A stretch of DNA of 64,000 nucleotides from Spirochaetia bacterium (GCA_965199955.1 CBDATQ010000002.1:128001-192000); one strand, 5' to 3'; positions 20,755-30,964 are shown, counted from the first letter of the stretch. Made by a program: numbers and translations. Notes: generated by a model from the letters alone, not told the origin.

Positions 20755-22229
20755 CCCGTCCCAACGTCCTCATCATCAAGAGCGACCAGCACAATGCGCG
20801 CTGTCTGGGCGTCAACGGCCACCGCCAGGTGCGCACGCCGCATCTCGATGCGCTCGCCAGCCGCGGCGTCAACTTCACGCGCGCGTTCGTGCAGAACCCG
20901 ATCTGCACTCCCAGCCGGATGTGCTACCTGACCGGCCAGTACGTGCACAACCACGGAGTCTTCGGCCTGTCGGGCAACGAGCGTGTGCCGGACGGATTGC
21001 CGTCGCTGTTCTCGACGTTCAAGGCAGCCGGATACCGTACCGGCATCGTCGGCCACATACACGTGGACGGCGCATGGCTGGAGCCGCACTGCGACCTGTA
21101 CCGCGATCTGCACGACGAGGCGCGGCCCGGTGACACGCCCTACGACCGCTATCTGGACGCCAAGGGCCTGAAGCATCTGCGCGACGACGGGGAGTACCGG
21201 GGACGCAGTCAGATCCTCGATGCCTGCCCCTCCGAGCTCGCCTTCGAGGACACCAACGAAGGGTACTGCCTGCAGAGCTTCTACGACCTGCTGGAGGGAA
21301 CGGCAGACGAAGAGCCGTTCCTGTTCCAGCTCGATCCGTTGCATCCGCACCAGGACTACATCCCGGCGCCCGAGTTCTGGGAGCTGTACGACGGCGTGGA
21401 GCTGGAGCTGCCGCCGAGCGCGGACGAGGACCTGTCGGCCAAGCCTCCGCACCAGCAGCGGATGATCGCCCGCCATCACGGCTACGACTGGGTGTTCGAG
21501 CCGCGCACCTATCCGGCCGGCCGGCTGCGCAAGCTGCAGGGCTACTACGGGTGCATCTCACAGGTCGACCACATGGTGGGACTGGCGCTGCAGCGGCTGG
21601 AGCAGATGGGCCGCGCCGAGAACACCATCGTCGTGTACTGCAGCGACCACGGCGACTTCGCTCTGGAGCACGGCTTCCTGGAGAAGGCGCCGGGCATCAG
21701 CTACGATGCGATCACGCGAGTACCGTTCATCTGGAGCTGGCCCGCCGGCGGTATCGCGCAGGACCTGACGGTCGGCGAGCTGGTCGAGAGCGTCGACGTG
21801 TTCCCGACGCTCTGCGCGCTGGCGGGCATCGAGGCGCCGGACACGATCGACGGCCATGACCTGGGGCCGCTGCTGCGCGGTGCCGGCGCCGCCGTGCGGG
21901 AATTCGCCGTCACCGAGTGCCCGTTGAGCAGAACGATCCGCACCAAGGAGTGGAAGCTCTGTCACCGGCCGCGCGGCGCTTTCGCCGGCGTGGAAGACGC
22001 GGGCGAGCTGTACCACGTCGCCGAGGATCCCTGGGAGATGGACAACCGCTACGCCGACCCCGCCTGCCGGGAGATCCGCGAGCGCCTGCGCCGGTCGCTG
22101 TTCGACTGGACGCAGCTCACCACGCGCTACGGCAACACGTGGCCCCACCAGCCGCCCGGCGCCGACGGCAAGGGCACCCTGACGGGCTTGCGCACGCTGC
22201 TGGATGAGGAGCAGGTGTTCTATCTCTGA
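20751..22229 (+). CDS. Formylglycine-dependent sulfatase
   Basis: GTG start overlaps upstream stop; RPNVLII, TPHLD, CTPSR, SDHGD, ELYH..DPWE. Confidence 0.92.
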   Translation: MTRPNVLIIKSDQHNARCLGVNGHRQVRTPHLDALASRGVNFTRAFVQNPICTPSRMCYLTGQYVHNHGVFGLSGNERVPDGLPSLFSTFKAAGYRTGIVGHIHVDGAWLEPHCDLYRDLHDEARPGDTPYDRYLDAKGLKHLRDDGEYRGRSQILDACPSELAFEDTNEGYCLQSFYDLLEGTADEEPFLFQLDPLHPHQDYIPAPEFWELYDGVELELPPSADEDLSAKPPHQQRMIARHHGYDWVFEPRTYPAGRLRKLQGYYGCISQVDHMVGLALQRLEQMGRAENTIVVYCSDHGDFALEHGFLEKAPGISYDAITRVPFIWSWPAGGIAQDLTVGELVESVDVFPTLCALAGIEAPDTIDGHDLGPLLRGAGAAVREFAVTECPLSRTIRTKEWKLCHRPRGAFAGVEDAGELYHVAEDPWEMDNRYADPACREIRERLRRSLFDWTQLTTRYGNTWPHQPPGADGKGTLTGLRTLLDEEQVFYL

Positions 22230-22239
22230 GGCGTCGCGG

Positions 22240-23298
22240 CTACAGGGACGCGCCCTCCCGCAGCCACTCCTCGTTGAACCGGGCGCACTTCAGGCGGCTC
22301 TTGATCGAGTCATAGGGCGGAAAGTGGTAGGTCTTGGCCAGCCACTGCTGCCAGACGACCACGATGGTGCCGTCCTCGGCGCTGGTGACGCCCGGGTAGG
22401 AGACCTGGCAGCCGGGATTGGTAAGGATGCGGTGGTGCGCCCAGCTCACGCAGTCGTCGTAGGAGATGGCGACGCTCAGGGGGTAGCGGTTCATCGCGCC
22501 GACATACGGCGTGTTGGTCCACACCACGACCACGGCGCTCGGCTCGAACGACAGGCGGTGAAGCGCGGCCGGCGTGTTCGAGGCCACCAGCACCGTGGGC
22601 ACCGGGTCGCTCCAGGTGGTGCCGCGATCGCTCGACCGCGACTGGTAGTGGCGGCCCCTCGTGGAGCGGACGATCATGATCAGGTCGCCGTTGCGGAGCT
22701 CCACCACGGCCGGTTCGTCGGCCCCATTGGGATCGTCGGGAAGCTGCACGTCTGAACCGGACTGCCAGCTCTCGCCGCCGTCGGTCGACGTGAGGACGCT
22801 GGACACGCACACCATTTCCCGTTCGTAGACCTCGCCCCCGTCCTCCAGGTTGCGGACGTAGTAGTAGGGCAGCACCAGGGTGCCGTCGCGCAGCTCCAGT
22901 CCTTCGTTGGCGTGACCGTTGTAGCGCTTGCCGGTGTCGATGTGAGTCGCCGCTCCGAAGGTGCGGCCGCCGTCGCCGCTCGGCATCCGGTAGAGAGACG
23001 AGTGCCGGTAGCGTGGCGCATCGTCGCCGTCCGTGACGGACTCGTACGCGCTATAGTGCAGGGCCGTGCCCCGCCGCGCGGCGAGCAGCACGGGATCTCC
23101 TTCCACGCCCGGCGCCATCACCTCGGCCCCGCTCCAGGAGGCGCCGGCATCGGACGATCGCGAGCCCATCGTGTTCTCGCCGTCGATCCATACCGCGACG
23201 ATGTCGCCGTTCGGCATGCGTGCCACGCCGGGAACGGACCCGCCCGTGATCTCCGGCTCCAGGGTGAGCTCCTGGTAGAACGGTCCTGAACGTGCCAT
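22240..23298 (-). CDS. Asp-box (BNR) sialidase-like protein
   Basis: SSDAGASW, SGDGGRTF, STDGGESW, SSDRGTTW, SYDDCVSW; EPAVVEL, SYP. Confidence 0.8.
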   Translation of the reverse strand: MARSGPFYQELTLEPEITGGSVPGVARMPNGDIVAVWIDGENTMGSRSSDAGASWSGAEVMAPGVEGDPVLLAARRGTALHYSAYESVTDGDDAPRYRHSSLYRMPSGDGGRTFGAATHIDTGKRYNGHANEGLELRDGTLVLPYYYVRNLEDGGEVYEREMVCVSSVLTSTDGGESWQSGSDVQLPDDPNGADEPAVVELRNGDLIMIVRSTRGRHYQSRSSDRGTTWSDPVPTVLVASNTPAALHRLSFEPSAVVVVWTNTPYVGAMNRYPLSVAISYDDCVSWAHHRILTNPGCQVSYPGVTSAEDGTIVVVWQQWLAKTYHFPPYDSIKSRLKCARFNEEWLREGASL

Positions 23299-23375
23299 TC
23301 GTCTTGCCTCCACAGCGCGGGTCGGTTGGTCGGCCGATGATACGGGCTTCGGTGCGGCGCAGTCACCGCACGGCC

Positions 23376-24239
23376 CTATACGGCCAGATACGCAGCCATG
23401 CGCTCGAGCTGGTGGAGAAACAGGTCCACCGTCCACGAGTCGAGGCCTCGCTGCTCACTCAGCGGAAGAAACCGTCGAACGTCGTCTGCCGCACGTTTCC
23501 AGTCGACGCTCTCGATCTTCGCTCGCAGGGTCTGGAGCAACCACTCGTTCGAGACCTCGAAGGATCGCCCTTGCCACGGACCCTGTTGCAACAGCGCGTT
23601 GCCGAGCAGCGCCAGGTCGGGAGCGGTCCGGCGCGCTACGTACCAGAGGAAGTCGTACCAGTCGCGCCCCTTGACATAGCGGCGGCACAGCAGGGCGTGG
23701 GTCTTCGTTCCAAACCCGGAGGACAGCGTTTGCGTCGTGAGCGGCGCCGTGGTCGGGAAGGTCAGATACGAGGTCTCGAAAGATGACCCTTGCGGTGGAT
23801 TGATATCGATCTCGAGCCTGATCCGAACCTTCTTCCCGCTGACGCGTTCGAACGGAAGGTCGATCGTCACCACGCTGCCGATGGAATCCGTCTTGACGAA
23901 CGCCTTGCGTACGGCGCCCACGGCACGGCTCTTGTCCTGAATCTCGATCCGCAGTCCCTCCGCTTCGCAGTCCGCTGCAATGCGCTGCAGGTGCGGCTCC
24001 CACACGAACTGCCGATCGGGCTGCTTCAGCAGAAAGTCGAGGTCTTCGGAAAAGCGGTTCATGCTGTGACAGATCCGCAGGCAGGTGCCGCCATGAAACA
24101 TGGCGGCGGAAAACAGGCCTGACCTCGACAGGCTCGCCAGCACGTAGTGCTGCATCAGCTCCGCGAGCATGTTCTCCTGCTCGATGGCGTTCGTCGGGGC
24201 ATACTCCCGGATTCGCGCCTGCAGGACGTTACTCAGCAA
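23376..24239 (-). CDS. abiEii: AbiEii-type nucleotidyltransferase toxin (type IV TA)
   Basis: FHGGTCLR, RFSEDLDF, KGRDWYDF. Confidence 0.9.
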   Translation of the reverse strand: MLSNVLQARIREYAPTNAIEQENMLAELMQHYVLASLSRSGLFSAAMFHGGTCLRICHSMNRFSEDLDFLLKQPDRQFVWEPHLQRIAADCEAEGLRIEIQDKSRAVGAVRKAFVKTDSIGSVVTIDLPFERVSGKKVRIRLEIDINPPQGSSFETSYLTFPTTAPLTTQTLSSGFGTKTHALLCRRYVKGRDWYDFLWYVARRTAPDLALLGNALLQQGPWQGRSFEVSNEWLLQTLRAKIESVDWKRAADDVRRFLPLSEQRGLDSWTVDLFLHQLERMAAYLAV

Positions 24240-24888
24240 GAGATGCCTCCTTCGCCAGATGCTCCAGATAGGCGACGACCCTGCGGTTTCGGATGCTGTC
24301 GCTGATGTCGGGCAGCGCCGCGACCGACACGCCGCTCAAATCGTCCGGCTCGATGCGCAGCGACTCCAGAACGTACCCCGGACCGTCGTTCTGCCAGGAA
24401 ACCGATGTGTCGAGGTAGAGCATGTCGGCCAGAGCGCGCAACGGGGTGGCCACGAACGCCCACGAATTGGAGCCGAGGTTGACCGCCTCGACCCCGGCCC
24501 GCGGTTGTCGTGCGGGAACCCGTTGAAACGAGAACACTCCCAGGTCGGTCGTGAACGATCGACTCCTCCGTGCGGTCACGCTTCCGGTCTGATGGACCGC
24601 CTCCGGAATGAGTCCATGATGGGCAAGCGCGGATTCCAGGCTCACATGTGACGGCGAATGCAGAAACGCGGCGACGGCATACGGGTGAAGCTCCGTCCTG
24701 CGGTATTCCGGGCGCAGCGCGAACAGCCCGGGTCTGAGGCGACTGATCTCGCCGCGCGCCACGGCTCGATGCACCAACTGCTTGCGAGCGCCGGCGGAGC
24801 CGTCGGGAAAGAGGTTGCCCACCACCGTCTCGTTGAACAGCCCGCCCGGCGGCGCGAGCTTCATGACGGCTTCGGTCAGCGACTGCAT
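24229..24888 (-). CDS. abiEi: AbiEi-type antitoxin (type IV TA)
   Basis: RLRPGLF, PSHVSLESALAHHGLIPE, ATPLRALAD; overlaps toxin gene. Confidence 0.85.
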   Translation of the reverse strand: MQSLTEAVMKLAPPGGLFNETVVGNLFPDGSAGARKQLVHRAVARGEISRLRPGLFALRPEYRRTELHPYAVAAFLHSPSHVSLESALAHHGLIPEAVHQTGSVTARRSRSFTTDLGVFSFQRVPARQPRAGVEAVNLGSNSWAFVATPLRALADMLYLDTSVSWQNDGPGYVLESLRIEPDDLSGVSVAALPDISDSIRNRRVVAYLEHLAKEASLAE

Positions 24889-24890
24889 CG

Positions 24891-24925
24891 TGCGCACAGA
24901 TTACGAAAAACGTAACCTGTGCGCA
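24891..24925. promoter_or_regulatory. Inverted-repeat operator of the abiE promoter
   Basis: TGCGCACAGATTACG-AAAAA-CGTAACCTGTGCGCA (15-bp arms, 1 mismatch); extended -10 TGtCATAAT on the minus strand at 24929-24937. Confidence 0.7.
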
Positions 24926-25009
24926 AATATTATGACACTGTCGCGGATCACCGGTCCCTCGCGTTGCCGACGGTTGGGGGCCGTAGTCACCGTGATACTC
25001 TTCTTGCGC

Positions 25010-25381
25010 ATGGGCCTGACCCACGTCACGACGCGAGTGACCAACCTCTCCGGGGCGGGAACCCCCTACGAGGCCGAGTTTCTGGTCGATACGGGGGCAG
25101 TGGATTGCCTGGGTCCCGCCGACCGCCTGCGCGCGGCAGGAATCCAACCGGAAGGCAAGGCCGTGTACGAGTTGGCGAATGGCCAGCCGGTGGAGTACGA
25201 GTACGGATTCGCTCGCGTCGCGCTGATGGGACAGGAGACGGTCGTGCAGATCATCTTCGGTCCCGAAGACGCAGAGCCCATCCTCGGCGTGGTGGCGCTC
25301 GAGAACATGGGAGTCACCGTCGATCCGATCACGAGAGTCCTGCGCCGCCTGCACGCCAAGCCGTTGAAACACTTCGGCTGA
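25010..25381 (+). CDS. Clan AA (retropepsin-like) aspartyl protease
   Basis: FLVDTGA catalytic motif, ELANG, ILGVVALE, VDP. Confidence 0.85.
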   Translation: MGLTHVTTRVTNLSGAGTPYEAEFLVDTGAVDCLGPADRLRAAGIQPEGKAVYELANGQPVEYEYGFARVALMGQETVVQIIFGPEDAEPILGVVALENMGVTVDPITRVLRRLHAKPLKHFG

Positions 25382-25418
25382 CCGGGGGCGCGAACCTCGC
25401 CTGATCCGGCGCCGGACG

Positions 25419-25943
25419 TCACAGGTGACGCACGTGGGGCAGAAGCTCGCTGCCCGGACGGCCGGCAACGGTTGTGGCCCACCCGGTCAGGTCCGGCCGC
25501 GAACCGTAGAGGACGAAGACCTTGCCGTTCCGCGCGATGCCGGGGCGGAGGCCGCCGTCCACCCGCCATCCTCTCGCCGCGCCCGGCAGCAGGGCCGCCG
25601 AAGGAGCGGTGATCGCGTCAGCTCCCTGCGCTCGCAGGCGACGTGCCTCCGACTGGCACCTCGTATACGTTCGGGGACCACCGGTGATGACTTCCAAGGA
25701 AACTGTCGGCCGTGCCGGCGGCTCGCTTCCCACGTCTACTGCCCACAGCGCACGCCGGATGCCGGACAGGTCCTCGGGCTCGGTGATCTCCTCGTGGGGC
25801 AGGAACTCGGCCCACGCTCCGTCCGGCGTGTCACTGAAGTAGTGAGCCGGCCCTTCGCCCTGCGCGTGCCACCGCCCGGCAGGCTGCGAACGACTCTCCC
25901 ACAGAAACGGATAGCGGGGATCGGTGTGGCGGAACGCGATCAC
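25419..25943 (-). CDS. RES-domain toxin (NAD+ phosphorylase family)
   Basis: GRW...HYFSDTPDGAWAE..., APSAAL; GTG start overlaps the antitoxin stop. Confidence 0.8.
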   Translation of the reverse strand: MIAFRHTDPRYPFLWESRSQPAGRWHAQGEGPAHYFSDTPDGAWAEFLPHEEITEPEDLSGIRRALWAVDVGSEPPARPTVSLEVITGGPRTYTRCQSEARRLRAQGADAITAPSAALLPGAARGWRVDGGLRPGIARNGKVFVLYGSRPDLTGWATTVAGRPGSELLPHVRHL

Positions 25944-26301
25944 GTTGCCGGCGAGGAGACCAGGGCGGCGGCAAGGTCGCGCACCCGTTGCGGGCCGGGG
26001 TCCTCGGGTTGCCACGTGCCATCCAGGAGCTGGGCAGGTGAGCGGCTGCCGAGCAGTTTCCGCGGGCGCTGGAACCATCGGCGGACGCCGAAGTCATTGT
26101 GTAGGCCCCCGCAAGGTCGCCGATGATCAGTGCCAGGAAGTGGAGGCGAGCCGCGATCCCATCGGGAGTCGCGCGGCTCCCGGACAGATAGCGGCGCACG
26201 CTGGAAGAGGAGATTCCGAGAAGCGAGGCGAGCACCTCGCCGCCCAGTACGACGTTCAGCCGGCCCATTCGCAGGCAGGCATCATATCCAATCGCGGGCA
26301 C
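25940..26301 (-). pseudogene. Frameshifted Xre/MbcA-type antitoxin
   Basis: HTH LASLLGISSSSVRRY; removing a 2-bp AC duplication at 26099-26102 gives AYNDFGVRRWFQRPRKLLGSRSPAQLL...SSPAT* ending on the RES start. Confidence 0.75.
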
Positions 26302-26348
26302 GGGACATCAACCGACTGCCCGACGGTCCCGACTCCGCGTGATACCCT

Positions 26349-27629
26349 GTGGTGAGCGTGTACCCGATGGAATGGATACGGAGGTCCGGATCGAGAGGCA
26401 GATCAGGCGGCGCATGTGCTCGTCTCTTGGTCGTGTGCGTGCTGCTGGCGGCCGTCCTGGACCCGGGTCGGGCTTGGGCGGACACCTCCGAGCCGATGAG
26501 AATCGGCCTGCTGCTCGACTACTCCGGCGCTCCCGAGACGTCAGCGGACAGGAAACGCGCCTTCGACCTGGCCATCCGCCACCTGAACGACGGCGGGGGC
26601 GTGCTGGGCCGGCCCGTGCTGGGCGTGACGGCCGACGCCACCCGCCACCCGGATCCGGCGGTACGCGCCGCCCGGCACCTGGTGGAGCAGGAAGGAGTAC
26701 ATGCCGTCGTCGGCCCCAACGCCAGCGCGGCGGCGGTGCCGGTGGTGGAGGTCGTGACGGGGCCGGCCGGCATCCCGACCATCAGTCCGTCGGCGACATC
26801 GCCTGGGCTGACAGATGCGGACGACCACGACTTCTTCTTCCGCACGACCCTTGCCGACACGGCCCAGGGGCCGGTGCTGGCGCGGGTGACGCGGGAGCGC
26901 GGCTTCGACAACGTGGGCCTGATCTACCGCGACGATCCCTACGGACAGGGACTCGCGGACATCTTCGCGGACGCATGGCACGGGACGCTGCGCGCTGTCC
27001 CGGTCGCCGACGACCAGCCGACATACGCTGCCGAGCTGCGGCGCAGCGCCGGCGCCGGGGCTCAGGCGCTGGTGGTCGTCACCTTCGAGGATCAGGCGCT
27101 GTCCATCGTCCGGGAGGCGATCGGCGAGGGCATCTACGCACAGTTCGTCTTCGCCGACGCCGCCAAGAGAGTCCGGCTGGTCACGGAGATCGGAGGCGCC
27201 GCGCTGGGCGGCATGTACGGCACCGCCGGAGCGCCGACTCCCGACAGCGCCGCTGCCGCCGAGTGGGAGCAGTCGTTCGTAGCCGAGCACGGCGGGCTTC
27301 CGGCATTCACCTACGTCAAGGAGACCTACGACGCGACGATAGCCGTGGCCCTGGCCGCTCAGGCCGCCGGGAGCCTGGACGGCGCCGCCATTCGGGACCA
27401 TCTGCGGGCCGTCGGCAGCCCGCCGGGGCAGGTCGTTCCGGGCACGCCCGGCGGTGTGGCCGATGCTCTTCGATTGCTGGCGGAAGGCCGGCAGATCGAC
27501 TACGAAGGGGTTGCCACCACGCTGGACTGGGACGCGAACGGCGACCTGCGGGAAGGCTACATCGGGGTGTGGCGATTCACACCGGACGAAGGCATCAAGG
27601 AGGTCGAGACCGTCTTCTTCCGGTATTAG
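26349..27629 (+). CDS. Branched-chain amino-acid-type ABC substrate-binding protein (orphan; start uncertain)
   Basis: IGLLLDYSG, NDGGGVLG, ISPSATSP, FFRT, YDA motifs. Confidence 0.85.
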   Translation: MVSVYPMEWIRRSGSRGRSGGACARLLVVCVLLAAVLDPGRAWADTSEPMRIGLLLDYSGAPETSADRKRAFDLAIRHLNDGGGVLGRPVLGVTADATRHPDPAVRAARHLVEQEGVHAVVGPNASAAAVPVVEVVTGPAGIPTISPSATSPGLTDADDHDFFFRTTLADTAQGPVLARVTRERGFDNVGLIYRDDPYGQGLADIFADAWHGTLRAVPVADDQPTYAAELRRSAGAGAQALVVVTFEDQALSIVREAIGEGIYAQFVFADAAKRVRLVTEIGGAALGGMYGTAGAPTPDSAAAAEWEQSFVAEHGGLPAFTYVKETYDATIAVALAAQAAGSLDGAAIRDHLRAVGSPPGQVVPGTPGGVADALRLLAEGRQIDYEGVATTLDWDANGDLREGYIGVWRFTPDEGIKEVETVFFRY

Positions 27630-27684
27630 ACATCCGGGCGGGAAGGAATTCCGAAGGGATGCCGAGGGTCCGGTCGTTCTCGAT

Positions 27685-27720
27685 GTCATCGACGAAAAAG
27701 ACGACGACGTTCGGCTTCAT
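27685..27720 (-). pseudogene. Sulfatase N-terminal remnant
   Basis: MKPNVVVFFVDD after a GGAG SD, 3 nt downstream of the ABC ATPase stop; no further sulfatase sequence follows. Confidence 0.55.
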
Positions 27721-27723
27721 CGC

Positions 27724-28785
27724 TCACGCTCCGTTGGGCGGCGGTTCATGGCCACCGGCGGCGAACGGCTTTCCCTGCAGATCGAGCTCCTGTGCCCGCA
27801 GACACGCGGTGGCGTGACCGGGGCCGAGCTCAACCAGCTCCGGGGGATCGGCCTTACAGCGATCCTCGGCGTACAGGCAGCGCGGGTGGAACGGACATCC
27901 CGGCGGCGGATTGGCCGGACTCGGTACGTCGCCGCGCAGGACGATGCGGTCCTCCTCCGCCGTGGGATCCATCTCCGGGAGCGCCGACAGCAGCGCTTCC
28001 GTATACGGATGGCGGGGGTGGCGGAACACGTCTTCCGCTTCGCCGGTCTCCACGATCTTGCCCAGGTACATGACGGCGACCCGATCGCTGATGTACCGCA
28101 CCACGCTCAGGTCGTGCGCGATGAACAGGTAGCTCAGCTCGAACCGGACCTGAAGATCGATCAGCAGGTTCAGGATCTGAGCCTGCACCGACACGTCCAG
28201 GGCCGAGACCGGCTCGTCCGCGACCACGAGCCGCGGCCCGGGAGCCAGTGCCCTGGCGATCCCGATTCTCTGTCTCTGCCCTCCGCTGAATTCGTGCGGG
28301 AACCGGTCCGCGTACTGGGCGCGCAGGCCGACGACCTCCAGCAGCCGGCCGACCTCGCGGCGCAACTCCTTCCCCTTCATGCCGCGCTGCACGATGAGCG
28401 GCTCCCCGACGATCTCCGTAACCCGCATCCAGGGATTCAGGGAAGAGAAGGGGTCCTGGAACACAATCTGGACGCCGCGCCGAAACTCGAGCATCTCCAG
28501 GTGCGTCAAGCTCCAGACGTCCATGTTCTGCCCGTCCGCATGAAAGACGACGCGCCCTGCCGTCGGCTCGTACAATCCCGCGATCATCCGGCCGGTTGTG
28601 GTCTTGCCGCAGCCGCTCTCACCGACCAGGCCCAGGGTCTCGCCCTTCCGCACGGCGAAGCTCACGCCGTCCACGGCCCGTACCTGGCCGACGGTCCTGC
28701 GAAACAGGCCCTTCTCGATCGGGAAGTGCTTCTTCAGTCCTTCGACGGACAACAGGCGCCGCGCGTCACCGTCCGCCTGACTCAT
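27724..28785 (-). CDS. ABC transporter ATPase (OppF-like)
   Basis: [28 protein letters not shown]. Confidence 0.95.
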   Translation of the reverse strand: MSQADGDARRLLSVEGLKKHFPIEKGLFRRTVGQVRAVDGVSFAVRKGETLGLVGESGCGKTTTGRMIAGLYEPTAGRVVFHADGQNMDVWSLTHLEMLEFRRGVQIVFQDPFSSLNPWMRVTEIVGEPLIVQRGMKGKELRREVGRLLEVVGLRAQYADRFPHEFSGGQRQRIGIARALAPGPRLVVADEPVSALDVSVQAQILNLLIDLQVRFELSYLFIAHDLSVVRYISDRVAVMYLGKIVETGEAEDVFRHPRHPYTEALLSALPEMDPTAEEDRIVLRGDVPSPANPPPGCPFHPRCLYAEDRCKADPPELVELGPGHATACLRAQELDLQGKPFAAGGHEPPPNGA

Positions 28786-28803
28786 GCATCCTGCTCCGGC
28801 CGG

Positions 28804-29943
28804 CTACGTGGCGAACGGGTCGACGGCATCGCGAATCGCATCCCCGAGGAAGTTGAAGCAGAGCACGGTGACGGTGATCATCAGTCCGGGAATCGTCAGC
28901 CAGACGTGGCGCACGATGGCGTGAATGCTCGTCGCGTCCTTGATCAACACGCCCCAGCTCGTCATCGGCGGCGTCACCCCCACGCCCAGATAGCTCAGGG
29001 CGCTCTCGCCGAGAATGATGCCCGGTATCGACAGCGTGGCGACAACGATGGTGTGGCTGAGGCAGCCGGGCACCAGGTGCCTGGTGATGATGCGCCAGTT
29101 GCGGGCTCCTGCCGCGCGGGCGGCAAGGACGTACTCCTCCCCGCGGTACGCCAGGACCTTTCCCCGTACGACCCGGGCCAGCCCTCCCCAGCCGATGAAG
29201 GAGAGGATCGCCACGATCGTGAGATAGACGTAGTTGGACGGCCAGGTAGGGGGAATCGCGGCCGACAGCGCCAGCCACAGCGGGATGTGTGGAAACGACA
29301 GCAACAGCTCGATGAAGCGCTGGATGACGTCGTCGATCACGCCGCCGAAGTAGCCCGACGCGACGCCGAGGATCAGGCCCAACACCACGGTTATGAAGGT
29401 TCCGACCAACGGAACCGAGAGGCTGACCTGCGCCGCCGTGAGGATGCGCGACAGCAGGTCCCTGCCGAGCACGTCGGTACCCAGCAGGAAGAGGGTGCCG
29501 CCTTCCTCGATGCCGATGAACCGCACCCGGGCCGGGATCACGAACAGGACCCGGTACGGCTCACCGCGAACGAAGAAGCGGACCCGATAGCGTGTCGACC
29601 GGTCCTCATGATAGTTGAGCGCCAGGGTCTCCGGATCCATCTGCCGCTTGTACGCGTAGGTAAAAGGAGCCGTAAGCCTGCCGTCGGCGTCGAGCACCCG
29701 GATGCGCTGCGGCGGAGCGAACTTGACCTTGCCGTGGAACTCGTCGAACGGGTAGGGACTGAAGAACGGCGCGAAGACGGCCACCGTGTAGAGGACGATC
29801 AGGATGATGCCGCTGATCACGCCCAGGCGGTTCTTCCGAAAGCGGCGCCAGATGGGCAGCCAGAACCCCGATGCGAGCCCGGCGTCGAGGTCGACCGTGG
29901 GGTGCGGGGCCGGACTCTCCGGCACTCCTGCTTCCTGACTCAT
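28804..29943 (-). CDS. ABC transporter permease (OppC-like)
   Basis: LGTDVLGRD, YVLAARAAG, GDAIRDAVDP. Confidence 0.95.
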   Translation of the reverse strand: MSQEAGVPESPAPHPTVDLDAGLASGFWLPIWRRFRKNRLGVISGIILIVLYTVAVFAPFFSPYPFDEFHGKVKFAPPQRIRVLDADGRLTAPFTYAYKRQMDPETLALNYHEDRSTRYRVRFFVRGEPYRVLFVIPARVRFIGIEEGGTLFLLGTDVLGRDLLSRILTAAQVSLSVPLVGTFITVVLGLILGVASGYFGGVIDDVIQRFIELLLSFPHIPLWLALSAAIPPTWPSNYVYLTIVAILSFIGWGGLARVVRGKVLAYRGEEYVLAARAAGARNWRIITRHLVPGCLSHTIVVATLSIPGIILGESALSYLGVGVTPPMTSWGVLIKDATSIHAIVRHVWLTIPGLMITVTVLCFNFLGDAIRDAVDPFAT

Positions 29944-29974
29944 GGCTTCTCCATCAACGCCGGGCCGGGGCCAC

Positions 29975-30964
29975 CTACTCCAGCCGAATGCGAGGATCCA
30001 GCCACGTAAGAGCGATGTCGGCCATCAGGTTTCCGAGGAGCAGAAAGATGGCATAGAACTGCAGGATGCTCGCAGACAGGTAGATATCCTCCGCCAGCAG
30101 CGCTTCGAACAGCAGCGGACCGGCGGTAGGCAGGTTGAGCACGATGGCGGTGATCGTCTCTCCCGAAAGCAGTATCGGCAACGACATGCCCAGGCCGCTG
30201 ACGAACGGGTTGAAGGCGATTCTCACGGCGTGGCGGCGGACGACGATCCGCTCCTTCAATCCCTTGGAGCGCGCGGTGGTGACGTAGGGTTGTCCGAGCA
30301 TGTCGAGCAGGTTGCCTCTCATGACGCGGATGGTGCCGGCCGTTCCGGCCGTGCCGATCACGACGATGGGAATCCAAAGGTTCTTTGCCAGATCCAGGGC
30401 CTTCGCAAGGCTCCATGGCGCCTCCTCGTACGCGCGCGAAAAGAGCATGCCGACCGGCTGATCGATTACGAACACGGCGAATATCATCAGGACCAGAGCC
30501 AGAAAGAAATTCGGAATCGACAGTCCCAGGAAGCCGACGAACGTTGCGGCGTGGTCGCCGATCGTGTTCTTGTGCGTCGCTCCATAGATCCCGATGGGAA
30601 TGCCGATCAGCCAGGTGAACACCAGACTGCCGGCAGATATCCCAAAGCTGAGTGCCAGGCGGTCGCCGAGCAGCGTCGCGACGGGCCGTCCGTGAAGGAG
30701 GGAGTGGCCCATGTCGCCGGTGAGGAAGTTCCGAATCCATATGAAGTACTGAATCCACTTCGGCCGGTCCAGGCCGTGCAGCCGCCGGAAATTCTCGGCG
30801 AACTCCCGTGCGTACTCATCCCTCATTCCTCCCCCGGACATCTGCGCCATGAGGTGGGTGATGAAGTCGCCGGGCGCGAGCTGAATGATGATGAAGATCA
30901 CCAGCGACATCAGCAGAAAGGAGATGACCATGGTGAACAGCCGACGGATGAGGAAGACGGTCAT
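29975..30964 (-). CDS. ABC transporter permease (OppB-like)
   Basis: APGDF, HGLDRP, YVTTARSKG, DPRIR. Confidence 0.95.
   Translation of the reverse strand: MTVFLIRRLFTMVISFLLMSLVIFIIIQLAPGDFITHLMAQMSGGGMRDEYAREFAENFRRLHGLDRPKWIQYFIWIRNFLTGDMGHSLLHGRPVATLLGDRLALSFGISAGSLVFTWLIGIPIGIYGATHKNTIGDHAATFVGFLGLSIPNFFLALVLMIFAVFVIDQPVGMLFSRAYEEAPWSLAKALDLAKNLWIPIVVIGTAGTAGTIRVMRGNLLDMLGQPYVTTARSKGLKERIVVRRHAVRIAFNPFVSGLGMSLPILLSGETITAIVLNLPTAGPLLFEALLAEDIYLSASILQFYAIFLLLGNLMADIALTWLDPRIRLE

Noticed and set aside
27454..30009. 851-aa plus-strand ORF
   Set aside because: Antisense shadow of ABC transporter genes; no motifs; expected in high-GC DNA
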